Origin: a virus
Virus record (IMG/VR): IMGVR_UViG_3300020165_002937
DNA length: 64,000 nt
Direction: 5' to 3' (one strand)
Below, in pieces: positions 1 through 9,747 of this stretch. The position numbers were made by a program, and so were the translations under genes. The notes under the pieces are model-generated. The model was given only the letters and a program-made list of their open reading frames with translations. It was not told the DNA's origin and did not search any database. Numbering within the stretch: the stretch's first letter is position 1; the number at the start of each line of letters is the position of its first letter.

Positions 1-2
1 TT

Positions 3-140
3 ATATGCCAGCACCAACATGATGAACCGCTATTACAAAGCAAGTATAGTGATCCTAACTGGACAATAAATGTTAGGCCAAAATTGAAATTAGATAATTG
101 GAAAAAAGCACCCATAGTCTGGGAGAGGAGATTTAAATAA
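3..140 (+). CDS. 3' end of a GT2-like glycosyltransferase, paralog of the next gene (truncated by window edge)
   Basis: Frame from position 3 reads ICQHQHDEPLLQSKYSDPNWTINVRPKLKLDNWKKAPIVWERRFK*, matching the C-terminus of 140..916 (NDSPLFRQVY...YFNWMKSDPVWKRRF); TAATG coupling at 138-142. Confidence 0.7.
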   Translation: MCQHQHDEPLLQSKYSDPNWTINVRPKLKLDNWKKAPIVWERRFK

Positions 141-916
141 TGCAATATGACTTATCGATTTGTTTACCAGCCCACAGAACCCACCTGTGGGAGAGACTGT
201 ATAATACCGCAGCAGAAGCTGTAGGTGAGGAATATACGTGGGAGATGGTCTTGGTTGGGCCCAATGAGCCACCCGATAGTCTATCGGAGAAAAGCAATTT
301 TAAGTTTTTTAAGGATTTTGGCACTCCAGCTCGGTGTGGCCAGATCGCGACCACGTTAGCCGAAGGCGAGCTTATGATGTGGGCTTCTGACGATGGTTAT
401 TTTTTGAAAGATTCCATCAAAGAATGCATCCAAATGCACGAAGAATTACCATATAAAGATATTGTTATAGTAAAATACGCAGAAGGCCGCGGCATCTCTG
501 GAAATTGCCCAGAAGATAGTTATTGGACTGCCTGGACTCATCCAGATTTAAGATTGCCCGGTGTCCCACAAGACTATCAGATCCACCTTTTAGCAATGTA
601 TAAATTAGAATACTTTAGAGAGTTAGGGGGTTTTGACTGTCGTTGGGAACATCTCAATATGAATACACACGATTTGGCGTTTAGAGCGCAGCGTGATGGA
701 AGTAAGTTCCATTTTAGCCCCAATCTGGTACTAACTTGTGATTGGAACCCAAATGAAGGTGATCACATCCCAGTTCAACAAGCGTATCATGAAAATGATT
801 CTCCATTATTTAGGCAAGTATATATGCAGGACCAATCTGCGAGAGTCAAGATAGATTATTTTAATTGGATGAAAAGTGATCCAGTGTGGAAAAGAAGGTT
901 TGGAGATAAAAAATGA
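140..916 (+). CDS. GT-A fold (GT2-like) glycosyltransferase
   Basis: N-terminal LSICLPAHR strand, ASDDG acidic motif, and GGFDCRWE...HDLAFR segment typical of GT2 enzymes; sits in a sugar cluster. Confidence 0.75.
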   Translation: MQYDLSICLPAHRTHLWERLYNTAAEAVGEEYTWEMVLVGPNEPPDSLSEKSNFKFFKDFGTPARCGQIATTLAEGELMMWASDDGYFLKDSIKECIQMHEELPYKDIVIVKYAEGRGISGNCPEDSYWTAWTHPDLRLPGVPQDYQIHLLAMYKLEYFRELGGFDCRWEHLNMNTHDLAFRAQRDGSKFHFSPNLVLTCDWNPNEGDHIPVQQAYHENDSPLFRQVYMQDQSARVKIDYFNWMKSDPVWKRRFGDKK

Positions 917-1842
917 AAACTGTATTAGTAACTGGCGGAAAAGGTTTAGTCGGTTCTGCTATTAAATCTCTGCAGGGCCAATATGAGGATTTAAATTTTG
1001 TTTTTACTGGTCACCAAGAGCACGACCTAACTCGCGAGCAAGACGTGGAAAGACTATTTCAAGAAACAAAGCCTGATTATGTAATCCACACAGCTGCCAG
1101 AGTTGGGGGTATAGGTAGAAACCTTTCAACCCCAGCACAACAATATTATGCCAATATCCTAATGAATGCTTTTGTAATACATCATGCACACTTAAATAAT
1201 GTTGAAAAACTGTTGGCATTCTCTTCTGTTTGCGCCTTTCCGGCCGGCGCCCCTAGCATCCACGAAGACATCCTACACGATGGTGAGCCATACCCGGCGC
1301 ATTATTCATATGCATATTCCAAAAGAATGGTAGATGTTCAGATAAAAGCCTATAAGCAGCAGCACGGCGTAAATTATTGCTCAGTTATTCCAGGAAACAT
1401 TTTTGGAGAAAATGACAATTTCAACTTAGAAGATGGTCACGTAGTTCCATCCTTGGTACACAAGTGTTATAAGGCAAAAATGTCAGGAGAGCCGCTACAA
1501 GTTTGGGGCGACGGCACGCCCTATCGAGAATTTTTGTATGCTAAAGATGTAGCAAAAGCCTGTGTGCAGTTATTACAGCTTGATGAAGAATTACCTCAGC
1601 GTATTATTGTTTCAGGTCAAAAAGAAACCCAAATTAAAGACTTGGTAAAACTAGTATGTGACGCTTTTGACTACCATAACGTAGAATGGCTGACTGACAA
1701 GCCAAACGGACAGTTAAGAAGACCAACTAATAAGAGTATTTTTCTTGACACTTTACCAAAATTCGATTATACTGATTTACAAACTGCCATGAAAAATACG
1801 GTTGAATGGTTTAATAGCAGTTACCCCAATGTGAGATTATGA
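913..1842 (+). CDS. fcl: GDP-L-fucose synthase / ColC-like NADPH-dependent epimerase-reductase
   Basis: VTGGKGLVG Rossmann motif, AARVGGI, YAYSK catalytic YxxxK, GENDNF...HVVPSL, VWGDGTPYREFLY. Confidence 0.9.
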   Translation: MKTVLVTGGKGLVGSAIKSLQGQYEDLNFVFTGHQEHDLTREQDVERLFQETKPDYVIHTAARVGGIGRNLSTPAQQYYANILMNAFVIHHAHLNNVEKLLAFSSVCAFPAGAPSIHEDILHDGEPYPAHYSYAYSKRMVDVQIKAYKQQHGVNYCSVIPGNIFGENDNFNLEDGHVVPSLVHKCYKAKMSGEPLQVWGDGTPYREFLYAKDVAKACVQLLQLDEELPQRIIVSGQKETQIKDLVKLVCDAFDYHNVEWLTDKPNGQLRRPTNKSIFLDTLPKFDYTDLQTAMKNTVEWFNSSYPNVRL

Positions 1843-2813
1843 AAAAAGCCTTAATCACAGGAATCAACGGCCAAGACGGCTCTTACTTAGCTGAGCTTTT
1901 GCTTGAAAAAGGCTACGATGTACATGGGATAGTAAAAAGAAACTCAATTCCAGAAAATCAAACAGCCAGGATTCAGCATATTTATTCCGATATCAAGAAC
2001 AATCTATATCACGCTGATATGTGTGATATGTCCTCTCTGCTGTCAGTTGTATCAAAGATCCAACCTGACGAGATTTATAATTTAGCTGCCCAAAGTCATG
2101 TTAGAATAAGTTTTGACCAGCCAATATACACTTTAGATAGCATTGGTGGCGGCACGCTAAACTTACTAGAAGTTGTGCGCACTACGAGTAGCCATAGCAA
2201 AATTTATCAGGCTAGCAGCTCTGAAATGTTCGGAAACTGTATAGACCCAGATGGCTATCAAAGAGAAACTACTACTATGAAACCGGTCAGTCCGTATGCT
2301 TGTGCTAAACTTTTAGCTTATAATATGGTAAGATGTTATAGAGAATCATACGGACTCTTCACATCTAACGGAATTTTGTTTAATCACGAATCTCCACGCC
2401 GCGGCGAAAATTTTGTTACTAATAAGGTAGTTATTGGTGCGGTTAAGATAAAGAAAGGCCTTCAAGAAAACCTAGCATTAGGAAACTTAGATAGTACAAG
2501 GGACTGGGGACATGCAAAAGATTATGTTAAAATTATGTGGCAAATACTCCAACTGGATAAGTCGGATGACTTTGTTTGTGCAACCGGAGTATCTAATAGC
2601 GTTAGACATCTTTGTGAGTATACATTTAATAAGCTTGGATTAGATTACCGTGACTATGTTACACAAGATCCTAAGTTTTTAAGACCGACCGAACTCGATG
2701 CCTTAAAAGGTGATACTCGAAAGCTCAAAAACGCGATTGATCTAGATTTTGAATATACCTTTGAAACTATGATCGATGAAATGATAGAATATTGGATGGA
2801 AAGAATACAATGA
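1839..2813 (+). CDS. gmd: GDP-mannose 4,6-dehydratase
   Basis: KKALITGINGQDGSYLAELLL, YNLAAQSHV, QASSSEMFG, SPYACAK, FNHESPRRGENFVT, RDWGHAKDY. Confidence 0.97.
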   Translation: MKKALITGINGQDGSYLAELLLEKGYDVHGIVKRNSIPENQTARIQHIYSDIKNNLYHADMCDMSSLLSVVSKIQPDEIYNLAAQSHVRISFDQPIYTLDSIGGGTLNLLEVVRTTSSHSKIYQASSSEMFGNCIDPDGYQRETTTMKPVSPYACAKLLAYNMVRCYRESYGLFTSNGILFNHESPRRGENFVTNKVVIGAVKIKKGLQENLALGNLDSTRDWGHAKDYVKIMWQILQLDKSDDFVCATGVSNSVRHLCEYTFNKLGLDYRDYVTQDPKFLRPTELDALKGDTRKLKNAIDLDFEYTFETMIDEMIEYWMERIQ

Positions 2814-3361
2814 TAAAACTAAATTTAGGTTGTGGCGACAGGAAGATACATGGATTTGTAAACGTCGATGCACGCAACGACACAAACCCTGATGTTGTAT
2901 GCGACGTCACACTTATAAACGATAGATTCAAGAACGTTGATTTAATATATGCATGCCATGTCTTAGAACACTTCCCCAGCAAGTCATTTGAATATCAAAA
3001 GAGAACCTGGCAAGATGTTTTGACAAACTGGCACGCAACTTTAAAAGAAGGTGGTGTCCTTCGGTTATCTGTGCCCGACATTAAAGCTGCTTGCGAGTAT
3101 TACTTGTTGACTAATGACTTTGAATCGGTGAAAGCGTTCTTTTACGGAGGCCAGAAATATGATTTTGATTTTCATTACCATGGCTGGTCAGAAGAGACGC
3201 TCACTAAAGCGCTGATAGAAACAGGGTTTAAAACTGTTGAAAGATACGACTGGTCGGACACAGAACATTTCTATATTGATGATTACAGTCAAGCATATCT
3301 GCCACATATGGATAAAACAAATGGCAAACTTATGAGTTTAAATATTCAAGCTACCAAATAA
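2810..3361 (+). CDS. Class I SAM-dependent methyltransferase (sugar-cluster type)
   Basis: KLNLGCG motif I, IYACHVLEH, LKEGGVLRLSVPD; start placed at ATG 2810, overlapping the gmd stop (ATGA). Confidence 0.85.
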   Translation: MIKLNLGCGDRKIHGFVNVDARNDTNPDVVCDVTLINDRFKNVDLIYACHVLEHFPSKSFEYQKRTWQDVLTNWHATLKEGGVLRLSVPDIKAACEYYLLTNDFESVKAFFYGGQKYDFDFHYHGWSEETLTKALIETGFKTVERYDWSDTEHFYIDDYSQAYLPHMDKTNGKLMSLNIQATK

Positions 3362-3371
3362 AGGAAAAAAC

Positions 3372-4535
3372 ATGAAAATCAAATACCCACTCGCTAAAGA
3401 AACTATTAATGATGAAGACATCGATGCACTGTGCACGTGGCTTAAAAGCTACCCTCGATTGACCAAAGGGCAACTAACACTCGATGTGGAAGAAAAGTGG
3501 GCTGAATATATCGGAACCAGATATGCAGTTTTCAATAATTCTGGCTCATCTGCGAATTTACTAATGGTATATGCAGCAATTCAAGCTGGATACATCCCAA
3601 ATCACAAGATTGTGGTCCCTTCTGTTGGGTGGGTTACAACAATAGCCCCGGCAATGCAATTTGGTCTACAGCCAATAATGTGTGGTGCTGATCCAGATAC
3701 TTTTGGTATGGATTTAGATCAATTAGAACAAATCTGTGAAGAACACAATCCCGACGCTGTAGTATACGTACAAGTACTCGGAGTCCCCCACCACAGAGAA
3801 AGGTTGCTTGAGTTGAAGAAGAAGTACAAGTTTCTGCTTCTTGAGGACGCATGCGCTGCCCTTGGTGCTGAGTATGCAGATGGAAAAAAAGTCGGGACTG
3901 TTGGCGACATGTCAACCTTTTCTTTTTATTTTGGCCACCAATTATCCACCATTGAAGGTGGTATGGTCAATACGAGTATCAAGGAGCTAAACGATATGTT
4001 ACTAATGCTCCGTAGCCATGGCTGGGCAAAAGATCTAGATACAAGAACCACCAATAGATTGATGAAAGATAATGAAATAGATACGTTTCATGAACCATTT
4101 ACATTCTTCGTGCCAGGATTCAATCTTAGATCTACAGATCTGCAAGCATTTTTGGGCATCAGACAAATAGATAAAGCAGATTGGTGCGCTGATAGGAGAT
4201 ATGAAAACCACAAACTGTACGCTGAAAAATTAGCGGGTACCGTGGGCTTTCAAAATTGGGGTGATAACAAACCAGTGTCAATCTCGTTTGGCGCTATAGC
4301 GACATGTAAAACACATAGAACAGAAATAGTCACAAGATTGGTAGAAGCCGGCGTCGAAACAAGAATATTCAGCGCTGGCAACCTCGGCCGCCACCCGTTC
4401 TGGACCGAAGACAACGAAGTTTTTGTTGACGAAGTTAGTGACATGATTCACTCAAGAGGCTTTTTCTTACCGAACTACCCTGAAATGACTGAAGACGATA
4501 TTGAATTCATCTGTAACATTGTGAAGGATACATAA
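3372..4535 (+). CDS. DegT/DnrJ/EryC1-family PLP enzyme, ColD-type GDP-4-keto-6-deoxymannose 3-dehydratase
   Basis: NSGSSANLL, LLEDACAALG, and SFYFGHQLSTIEGGM with His (codon 3936-3938) at the usual Schiff-base Lys position; LRSHGW; no E1-type Cys cluster. Confidence 0.85.
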   Translation: MKIKYPLAKETINDEDIDALCTWLKSYPRLTKGQLTLDVEEKWAEYIGTRYAVFNNSGSSANLLMVYAAIQAGYIPNHKIVVPSVGWVTTIAPAMQFGLQPIMCGADPDTFGMDLDQLEQICEEHNPDAVVYVQVLGVPHHRERLLELKKKYKFLLLEDACAALGAEYADGKKVGTVGDMSTFSFYFGHQLSTIEGGMVNTSIKELNDMLLMLRSHGWAKDLDTRTTNRLMKDNEIDTFHEPFTFFVPGFNLRSTDLQAFLGIRQIDKADWCADRRYENHKLYAEKLAGTVGFQNWGDNKPVSISFGAIATCKTHRTEIVTRLVEAGVETRIFSAGNLGRHPFWTEDNEVFVDEVSDMIHSRGFFLPNYPEMTEDDIEFICNIVKDT

Positions 4536-5275
4536 TGAAGGTCTTGGTTGTTGGCGAAAGTTGTAAAGATATATACCAATACGGAGACTGTGTACGATTG
4601 TGCCCCGAAGCACCAGTTCCAGTTTTTAAATCAAGCGGCGATAAAAAACAAAATCCCGGCATGGCCATGAATGTTTGGCGCAATATAATAACAATGCATC
4701 GCGATGCCGAAGTAGATATTGAAACCAATGATAACTGGACAACAATAACCAAAACCAGATGTGTAGATAACCGGACAAATTATATCATAGTGCGCATTGA
4801 CGATAACGAAAATGACTACAAGAGATGTAACGTCAAATCTATAGAGTATGAGCAATATGATGTGATAGTAATCTCTGACTACAATAAAGGCTTTCTGACC
4901 GAAAGCGATATTGAATACATAGCGAAAAACCATTCTACAACATTTTTAGATACTAAAAAGATACTTGGTGATTGGTGCAAGGATATAAAATTCATCAAGA
5001 TTAATGAGTTTGAATATGATAGAACAAAGCATAAACTAACTCCAGAGCTTATAGAAAAAATGATTATTACTTTGGGACCCAAAGGCGCCCGCCACCGCGG
5101 CGTAACCTTTGCAGTACCAGAAGTAGAGATAAAAGATACTTCGGGCGCTGGAGACACCTTTGTGGCGTCGTTAGCCGCAAATTATGCACTAACCCAAGAT
5201 ATATTCAAGGCTATTGAAAGCGCAAACGATAGTGCTACGAAGGTAGTGCAGAAAAAAGGTGTATCTGTGATATGA
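4535..5275 (+). CDS. PfkB-family sugar kinase, RfaE/HldE kinase domain-like (heptose-7-phosphate kinase)
   Basis: VLVVGE..D.Y.YG...RLCPEAPVPV, GMAMNV, ISDYNKG, DTSGAGDTF. Confidence 0.85.
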   Translation: MKVLVVGESCKDIYQYGDCVRLCPEAPVPVFKSSGDKKQNPGMAMNVWRNIITMHRDAEVDIETNDNWTTITKTRCVDNRTNYIIVRIDDNENDYKRCNVKSIEYEQYDVIVISDYNKGFLTESDIEYIAKNHSTTFLDTKKILGDWCKDIKFIKINEFEYDRTKHKLTPELIEKMIITLGPKGARHRGVTFAVPEVEIKDTSGAGDTFVASLAANYALTQDIFKAIESANDSATKVVQKKGVSVI

Positions 5276-5670
5276 TCAAGGTTGTATGGACGAACGGATG
5301 TTTTGATATACTACATCGCGGCCACTTTGAAATGTTAGAATACGCCAAGTCCTTGGGCGATTATCTTGTTGTTGGTATAGATACCGATCAGAAAGTAAAG
5401 CAAGACAAGGGCCCTGCCCGCCCCTATAATAACTCCGAAGATCGCAAGTTTGCTTTAAAATCAACTAAGTATGTGGACGAGGTGGTGAAGTTTAGCACCG
5501 CAGCACAACTTGAGATGATAATTAAAAGTGTTTCGCCATCTATCATGGTTGTGGGTTCTGATTGGAAAGGAAAGCCGATTATTGGCTCCCAACATGTTGA
5601 TAAGGTAGAATACTTTGAAAGAATCGAAGGCTACTCAACAACAAATATTTTAGATGGAATAAAAAGATGA
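5272..5670 (+). CDS. Sugar-phosphate nucleotidyltransferase, RfaE/HldE domain II-like
   Basis: WTNGCFDILHRGH (HIGH-like), KGPARP, VGSDW, GYSTT. Confidence 0.88.
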   Translation: MIKVVWTNGCFDILHRGHFEMLEYAKSLGDYLVVGIDTDQKVKQDKGPARPYNNSEDRKFALKSTKYVDEVVKFSTAAQLEMIIKSVSPSIMVVGSDWKGKPIIGSQHVDKVEYFERIEGYSTTNILDGIKR

Positions 5671-6002
5671 ATTATGTGTTTGACATTGATGGTACTATTT
5701 GTACGAAAGCTGAAAACTTTGATTATGAGTCGTCTGAACCAATTAAAGAAAGAATAGAAATTATTAATTCATTATATGATTCTGGGAATATAATAATTAT
5801 GCAGACTGCTAGAGGTATGGGTAGGCACAACAATAACCCACAAAAAGCAATAGAAGAGTTTTATGCTATGACTACTCAGCAATTAAAGGAATGGGGTGTA
5901 AAATACCATTCTTTGTTCTTGGGCAAGCCCGCTGGCGATATATATGTCGATGACAAAGGAATAAAAGATGAAGACTTCTTTAGAAATGAATTACGTCCCT
6001 AA
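5667..6002 (+). CDS. Small HAD-family phosphatase (capsule-biosynthesis type)
   Basis: FDIDGTIC motif I, TARG, GKP..DIYVDDK. Confidence 0.85.
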   Translation: MNYVFDIDGTICTKAENFDYESSEPIKERIEIINSLYDSGNIIIMQTARGMGRHNNNPQKAIEEFYAMTTQQLKEWGVKYHSLFLGKPAGDIYVDDKGIKDEDFFRNELRP

Positions 6003-6327
6003 AGGATGGGGATTCGAAAAATGGATAGTAAACTGCGATGAATATTGTGGAAAATTACTATATTTTGTAAAAGGAAAAATGTGCTCATGGCACTACCACA
6101 AGTTAAAGGATGAAGTGTTTTATATACAATCTGGCAAAATTCTGGTAAAATACTCAGATGAGGATGAATTAGAAAACGCTAAAGAAGTAGTATTAGGTAG
6201 AGGAGATAACTTTCATGTTTATAGAGGCTTACGTCACCGGATGATAGCTCTAGAAGACACAGAGCTATTTGAATTTTCTACTCAACATTTTGATAGTGAT
6301 AGCTATAGAATAGAAAAAGGAGATTAA
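5968..6327 (+). CDS. Cupin protein, mannose-6-phosphate isomerase-like
   Basis: VPKGWGFEKW, SWHYHKLKDEVF and HRMIALED cupin metal ligands. Confidence 0.8.
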   Translation: MKTSLEMNYVPKGWGFEKWIVNCDEYCGKLLYFVKGKMCSWHYHKLKDEVFYIQSGKILVKYSDEDELENAKEVVLGRGDNFHVYRGLRHRMIALEDTELFEFSTQHFDSDSYRIEKGD

Positions 6328-6328
6328 T

Positions 6329-6535
6329 ATGAATTTATCAAACCAAGCGCTCGGCGCGATCATGATGGCACTCCAGGAGTCGCTCTTAAATGAATTGGAC
6401 ATAGTTCCAATTTTGAAGAGTTTTGAGCTTGAAGAGTCCAAAGAAGGTCTTGTTGTTAAAAATCCACCCACGGTGAGATTTACAGATGATAGCGAGATTA
6501 CCAAAGAACAACTTGAGAGCCTGGCAAAAGCATAA
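6329..6535 (+). CDS. Hypothetical protein
   Basis: 68-aa ORF with GGAG RBS, coupled to neighbours. Confidence 0.7.
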   Translation: MNLSNQALGAIMMALQESLLNELDIVPILKSFELEESKEGLVVKNPPTVRFTDDSEITKEQLESLAKA

Positions 6536-6780
6536 TGCCAAGATATAATTACTTTTGTACCTATTGTGAGTCGGAATTTATGACCGCTCACGGCATGAAC
6601 GAAGTAAAACAAGAATGCGACTTATGTAACATGACCGGCTCGATAAATAAGATTTTATCAAAACCAATTATGATAAGTAACAAAACTAAAACAAACAATA
6701 AAAAAGTTGGTGAGTTAACCAATGAATTTATTGAAAAAAATAGAGAATTATTGAAGAGTATGAAAAATGACAAGACTTGA
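6535..6780 (+). CDS. FmdB-like zinc-ribbon protein
   Basis: MPRYNYFCTYC...CDLC pattern (MPxYxYxCxxC...CxxC). Confidence 0.75.
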   Translation: MPRYNYFCTYCESEFMTAHGMNEVKQECDLCNMTGSINKILSKPIMISNKTKTNNKKVGELTNEFIEKNRELLKSMKNDKT

Positions 6781-7132
6781 AATTATCCTATCGGTAATAT
6801 TATTTATATCAACCATATTAAATGTAGGGCTGGTGCTATATGCTAGAACAGCAATAGTACAATTATTATCGATTTCCGACGAACTAAACGATCTATCGCA
6901 GATGACTAATTCTTTGGCGATACATTTACAGAGCGTATATGAATTAGAATCTTTTTATGGAGATGAAACCTTGCAAAACCTGCTAGCACATGCTGTATCC
7001 TTTAACGAACAACTGGATACCTTCGAATATATCTATTCTTTAACACAAGAAGAAAAAAAGGAAGCTAAAGAGCTAGATACGGATTTTAATGACAACAACC
7101 CAGAAGCCGAGACAGAGACGGAAGAAACGTAA
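6767..7132 (+). CDS. Hypothetical membrane-anchored coiled-coil protein
   Basis: N-terminal hydrophobic helix (IILSVILFISTILNVGLVLY), heptad region, acidic tail. Confidence 0.65.
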   Translation: MTRLEIILSVILFISTILNVGLVLYARTAIVQLLSISDELNDLSQMTNSLAIHLQSVYELESFYGDETLQNLLAHAVSFNEQLDTFEYIYSLTQEEKKEAKELDTDFNDNNPEAETETEET

Positions 7133-7796
7133 AAATTTATATTTTACGCAAGTACATGAAGATGCAATAGTAAGATACTGTAAGACAACGTGTAACATAG
7201 AAAGAACACAATTGTATGTGGCGTATATTCAGCCAGCGTTTGACCAAATGGTTGACAAAATTGTTTACACATACAAGTTTACCAATTTGCCAAATATCGA
7301 TTATTTGCGCGATGAATGTAAAGTATGGCTAATGACTATACTAGGCAAGTACGACCCGAGTAAAGGCTCGAAAGCATTTTCCTATTTTTCAGTTATAACC
7401 AAAAATTGGTTCATTCATAAAGTTAAAAAACAACAAAAGCGAAATAGAAGAGAAGTCGATCTTCTTAACATTTCCAAAACCTATGAAGAAGAATTCTTAT
7501 CTACAAATGAATCGTATTTGACCGATAGACAAGAGAAAGAATTCTGGGAAAATTTCTATAAGCATTTAGGCGCATGGGACGAATCCCAAATGAAAGAAAA
7601 CGATCTTAAAGTGTATCGAGCCATCAATATCCTGTTTGAATCAAAAGATGAAATAGAGATTTTTAACAAAAAAGCTATTTACCTATACCTGAGAGAGATA
7701 ACAGGCCTGAACACGAAGCAGATTGTAAATTCTTTAAAGAAATTTAGAAAAAAATATTTTATGTTCAAGCAAGATTGGGAAAATGGGGAATTATGA
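7089..7796 (+). CDS. Phage sigma factor, T4 gp55-like (late transcription)
   Basis: KYDPSKGSKAFSYFSVITKNWF resembles sigma region 2 / gp55 (FDPEK..NPFAYFTQI); C-terminal HTH-like LYLREITGLNTKQIVNSL. Confidence 0.7.
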   Translation: MTTTQKPRQRRKKRKNLYFTQVHEDAIVRYCKTTCNIERTQLYVAYIQPAFDQMVDKIVYTYKFTNLPNIDYLRDECKVWLMTILGKYDPSKGSKAFSYFSVITKNWFIHKVKKQQKRNRREVDLLNISKTYEEEFLSTNESYLTDRQEKEFWENFYKHLGAWDESQMKENDLKVYRAINILFESKDEIEIFNKKAIYLYLREITGLNTKQIVNSLKKFRKKYFMFKQDWENGEL

Positions 7797-8089
7797 GCAA
7801 ACGCAGCAACATCGATACTCTTATTAACGAAGCACTAGGGAACATCAGAGATGATCGCAAGTCTGCTCAAGAATTCTTAAATGAAATAGCAAACATTATA
7901 TCTTCGGACACTGACCAGAACAAGTATCTTAGTCCAGTTGCTGCAAAGCATGTTGAAACAATGCAACGCTCAAACGAACAATTAGTAAAGCTAATTTCTT
8001 TGCAACTAAAAGAAAAGAAAGAGACTCTAGAATTGTCAGAAGAGGACAAAAACAGCCTTTTTGACATAATACAGCAGGAGAATAAGTAG
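7793..8089 (+). CDS. Hypothetical helical protein
   Basis: ATG 7793 overlaps the previous stop (ATGA); about 98 aa, coiled-coil-like. Confidence 0.65.
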   Translation: MSKRSNIDTLINEALGNIRDDRKSAQEFLNEIANIISSDTDQNKYLSPVAAKHVETMQRSNEQLVKLISLQLKEKKETLELSEEDKNSLFDIIQQENK

Positions 8090-9669
8090 TGGGTGAGGTT
8101 TACACAGGCCTTGATCCCGCCATGTTCACAACTCATGACGAAGCTTTGGGCCTGTTATGGAACTCGCTGCGTAGCTCACTAAATTTTAGTTTATATGGAA
8201 ACAGAAGTAGATTTACCGCACAGGTTTTAAGCCCCTGTGTCAATATTGACGCCTCAGCTGCCCTAGCCGTGCGCTCGGGTCAAGCAGATCCTGCAAGCCC
8301 AGAGACTAAGCCATGGTCCGGCCGCAAAATATTTAAAGGCAGGATAATCGGCCCAGAATCTCCTCATAAGCATCTACCTGATCCTTGTAAGCTTGCTAAA
8401 GCTGCTAAACCACATGTTGTTATTAGTCAGATTGCTATGCATACAACTTTCATCATAGAAGACGAAGAATTGTCGGCGCCAAATGTTAATGATTACGTAA
8501 CAGTTGAGTTATATCCAGGCTTCGGTAAAGGCCGTTACAATCTGCAAATGGGGGCGTGTATCAGTATTGCTAATTCGAATGCAGATAAGCCAGATACATA
8601 TACATGTATCGACTCTCCAAGCGATTTATTCACCGGCGACAATATGAGTACAGTCGGTGCCAACGGCCCGGGCCCACGATCTAGTAACTATAATGCCCGG
8701 AAAGGCTCTGGTAAGGAATCGAAAGGCCAGGGCCGAAACATATCCGCCGGCGCCGCGGCCCTCCCAAGACCCAAGTATGATCCAAGTGAAACCAAAAAAG
8801 TAGATTTTGCAGCCATGGCAGCTGCGTTTGATGGCGCTTGTTCGGTTAGTGATTTAGGCGGAGATATCAACGAGTTGAAAAAGGCCAAACCCGATCCTTC
8901 CAAATATTTTGGTAAAGAAGGATGGAAAATATATAAAGAGGCCTTGTCTTATTTTGAAGGAAGTACTAACTCCACAAATCCGTATGGTTATTACGGCCGG
9001 TGGCAGTTTGGTGTACCAGCCATGGTTTCAGGCGGTGCTATCAAGGAAACCGAAGTAAAAGCCGCGCTCATAAAAAGCTTTAATGACATGAACAAAAAAG
9101 GCGGTAAGTATGAAGGTTTTTTCACAGGAAAAGATGTACAAGCACAGATCGAAGCACGCGCCAATTGGTGTTACAAGAAAAACTCAGATGGCACCACCGG
9201 ACAAAAGTTCTGTAAGGCTCAGCGCGCCGGCGGTACTGAAAATAGCAATATTCGTTGTTGCGGACAACATATACAAAATGCATATGCTGACCCCAACGTT
9301 TGGACCAAAGATGCACACGACAACAACGTAAAAAGCGGCGCCGAGTTTTTAAAATCATCAGATTACCAACATAAAATTTTAATACCATTTACCGCTGGAA
9401 AGTTCCGTGATATTAAAGCTTTGGGTGCCCTCACAAACGTTAAAAATCCAGCAGCTGTTGCCGGACTTTTAGCTGCAGCACACATTGCCGGCCAAGGCGC
9501 CGCCGCAGAGTTGGCGGCGAAGGGACTTGACATAGCCGACGCCAATGGTACCCCAGCTAGTTATTATTTTCAAGCCATCGGGCAAACAATGTTTGACAAA
9601 AATAATGGCTGCAAAAAAGCATCAGCCTCGACCGTAGATCCAAACGATATGCCAGATCCATCGATATAA
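8089..9669 (+). CDS. Baseplate hub-associated protein with C-terminal lysozyme-like peptidoglycan hydrolase domain
   Basis: LSYFEG...NPYGYYGRWQFG and GLLAAAHIAGQG...DANGT..SYY are lysozyme/SLT-like motifs; N-terminal P.VNDYVTV resembles a gp5 OB fold; first gene of the baseplate block. Confidence 0.6.
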   Translation: MGEVYTGLDPAMFTTHDEALGLLWNSLRSSLNFSLYGNRSRFTAQVLSPCVNIDASAALAVRSGQADPASPETKPWSGRKIFKGRIIGPESPHKHLPDPCKLAKAAKPHVVISQIAMHTTFIIEDEELSAPNVNDYVTVELYPGFGKGRYNLQMGACISIANSNADKPDTYTCIDSPSDLFTGDNMSTVGANGPGPRSSNYNARKGSGKESKGQGRNISAGAAALPRPKYDPSETKKVDFAAMAAAFDGACSVSDLGGDINELKKAKPDPSKYFGKEGWKIYKEALSYFEGSTNSTNPYGYYGRWQFGVPAMVSGGAIKETEVKAALIKSFNDMNKKGGKYEGFFTGKDVQAQIEARANWCYKKNSDGTTGQKFCKAQRAGGTENSNIRCCGQHIQNAYADPNVWTKDAHDNNVKSGAEFLKSSDYQHKILIPFTAGKFRDIKALGALTNVKNPAAVAGLLAAAHIAGQGAAAELAAKGLDIADANGTPASYYFQAIGQTMFDKNNGCKKASASTVDPNDMPDPSI

Positions 9670-9747
9670 GAAAACAAGAGTATTTTAAAACTATGATTAA
9701 AAATGTACATTTTTTTCTGTTAGAATTAATTAGTAGCAGGAGAAACT

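Noticed and set aside
9699-9714. Perfect 16-bp palindrome AAAAATGTACATTTTT in an intergenic gap
   Set aside because: Almost all A/T and single-copy; could be an operator or weak terminator but cannot be told from chance.
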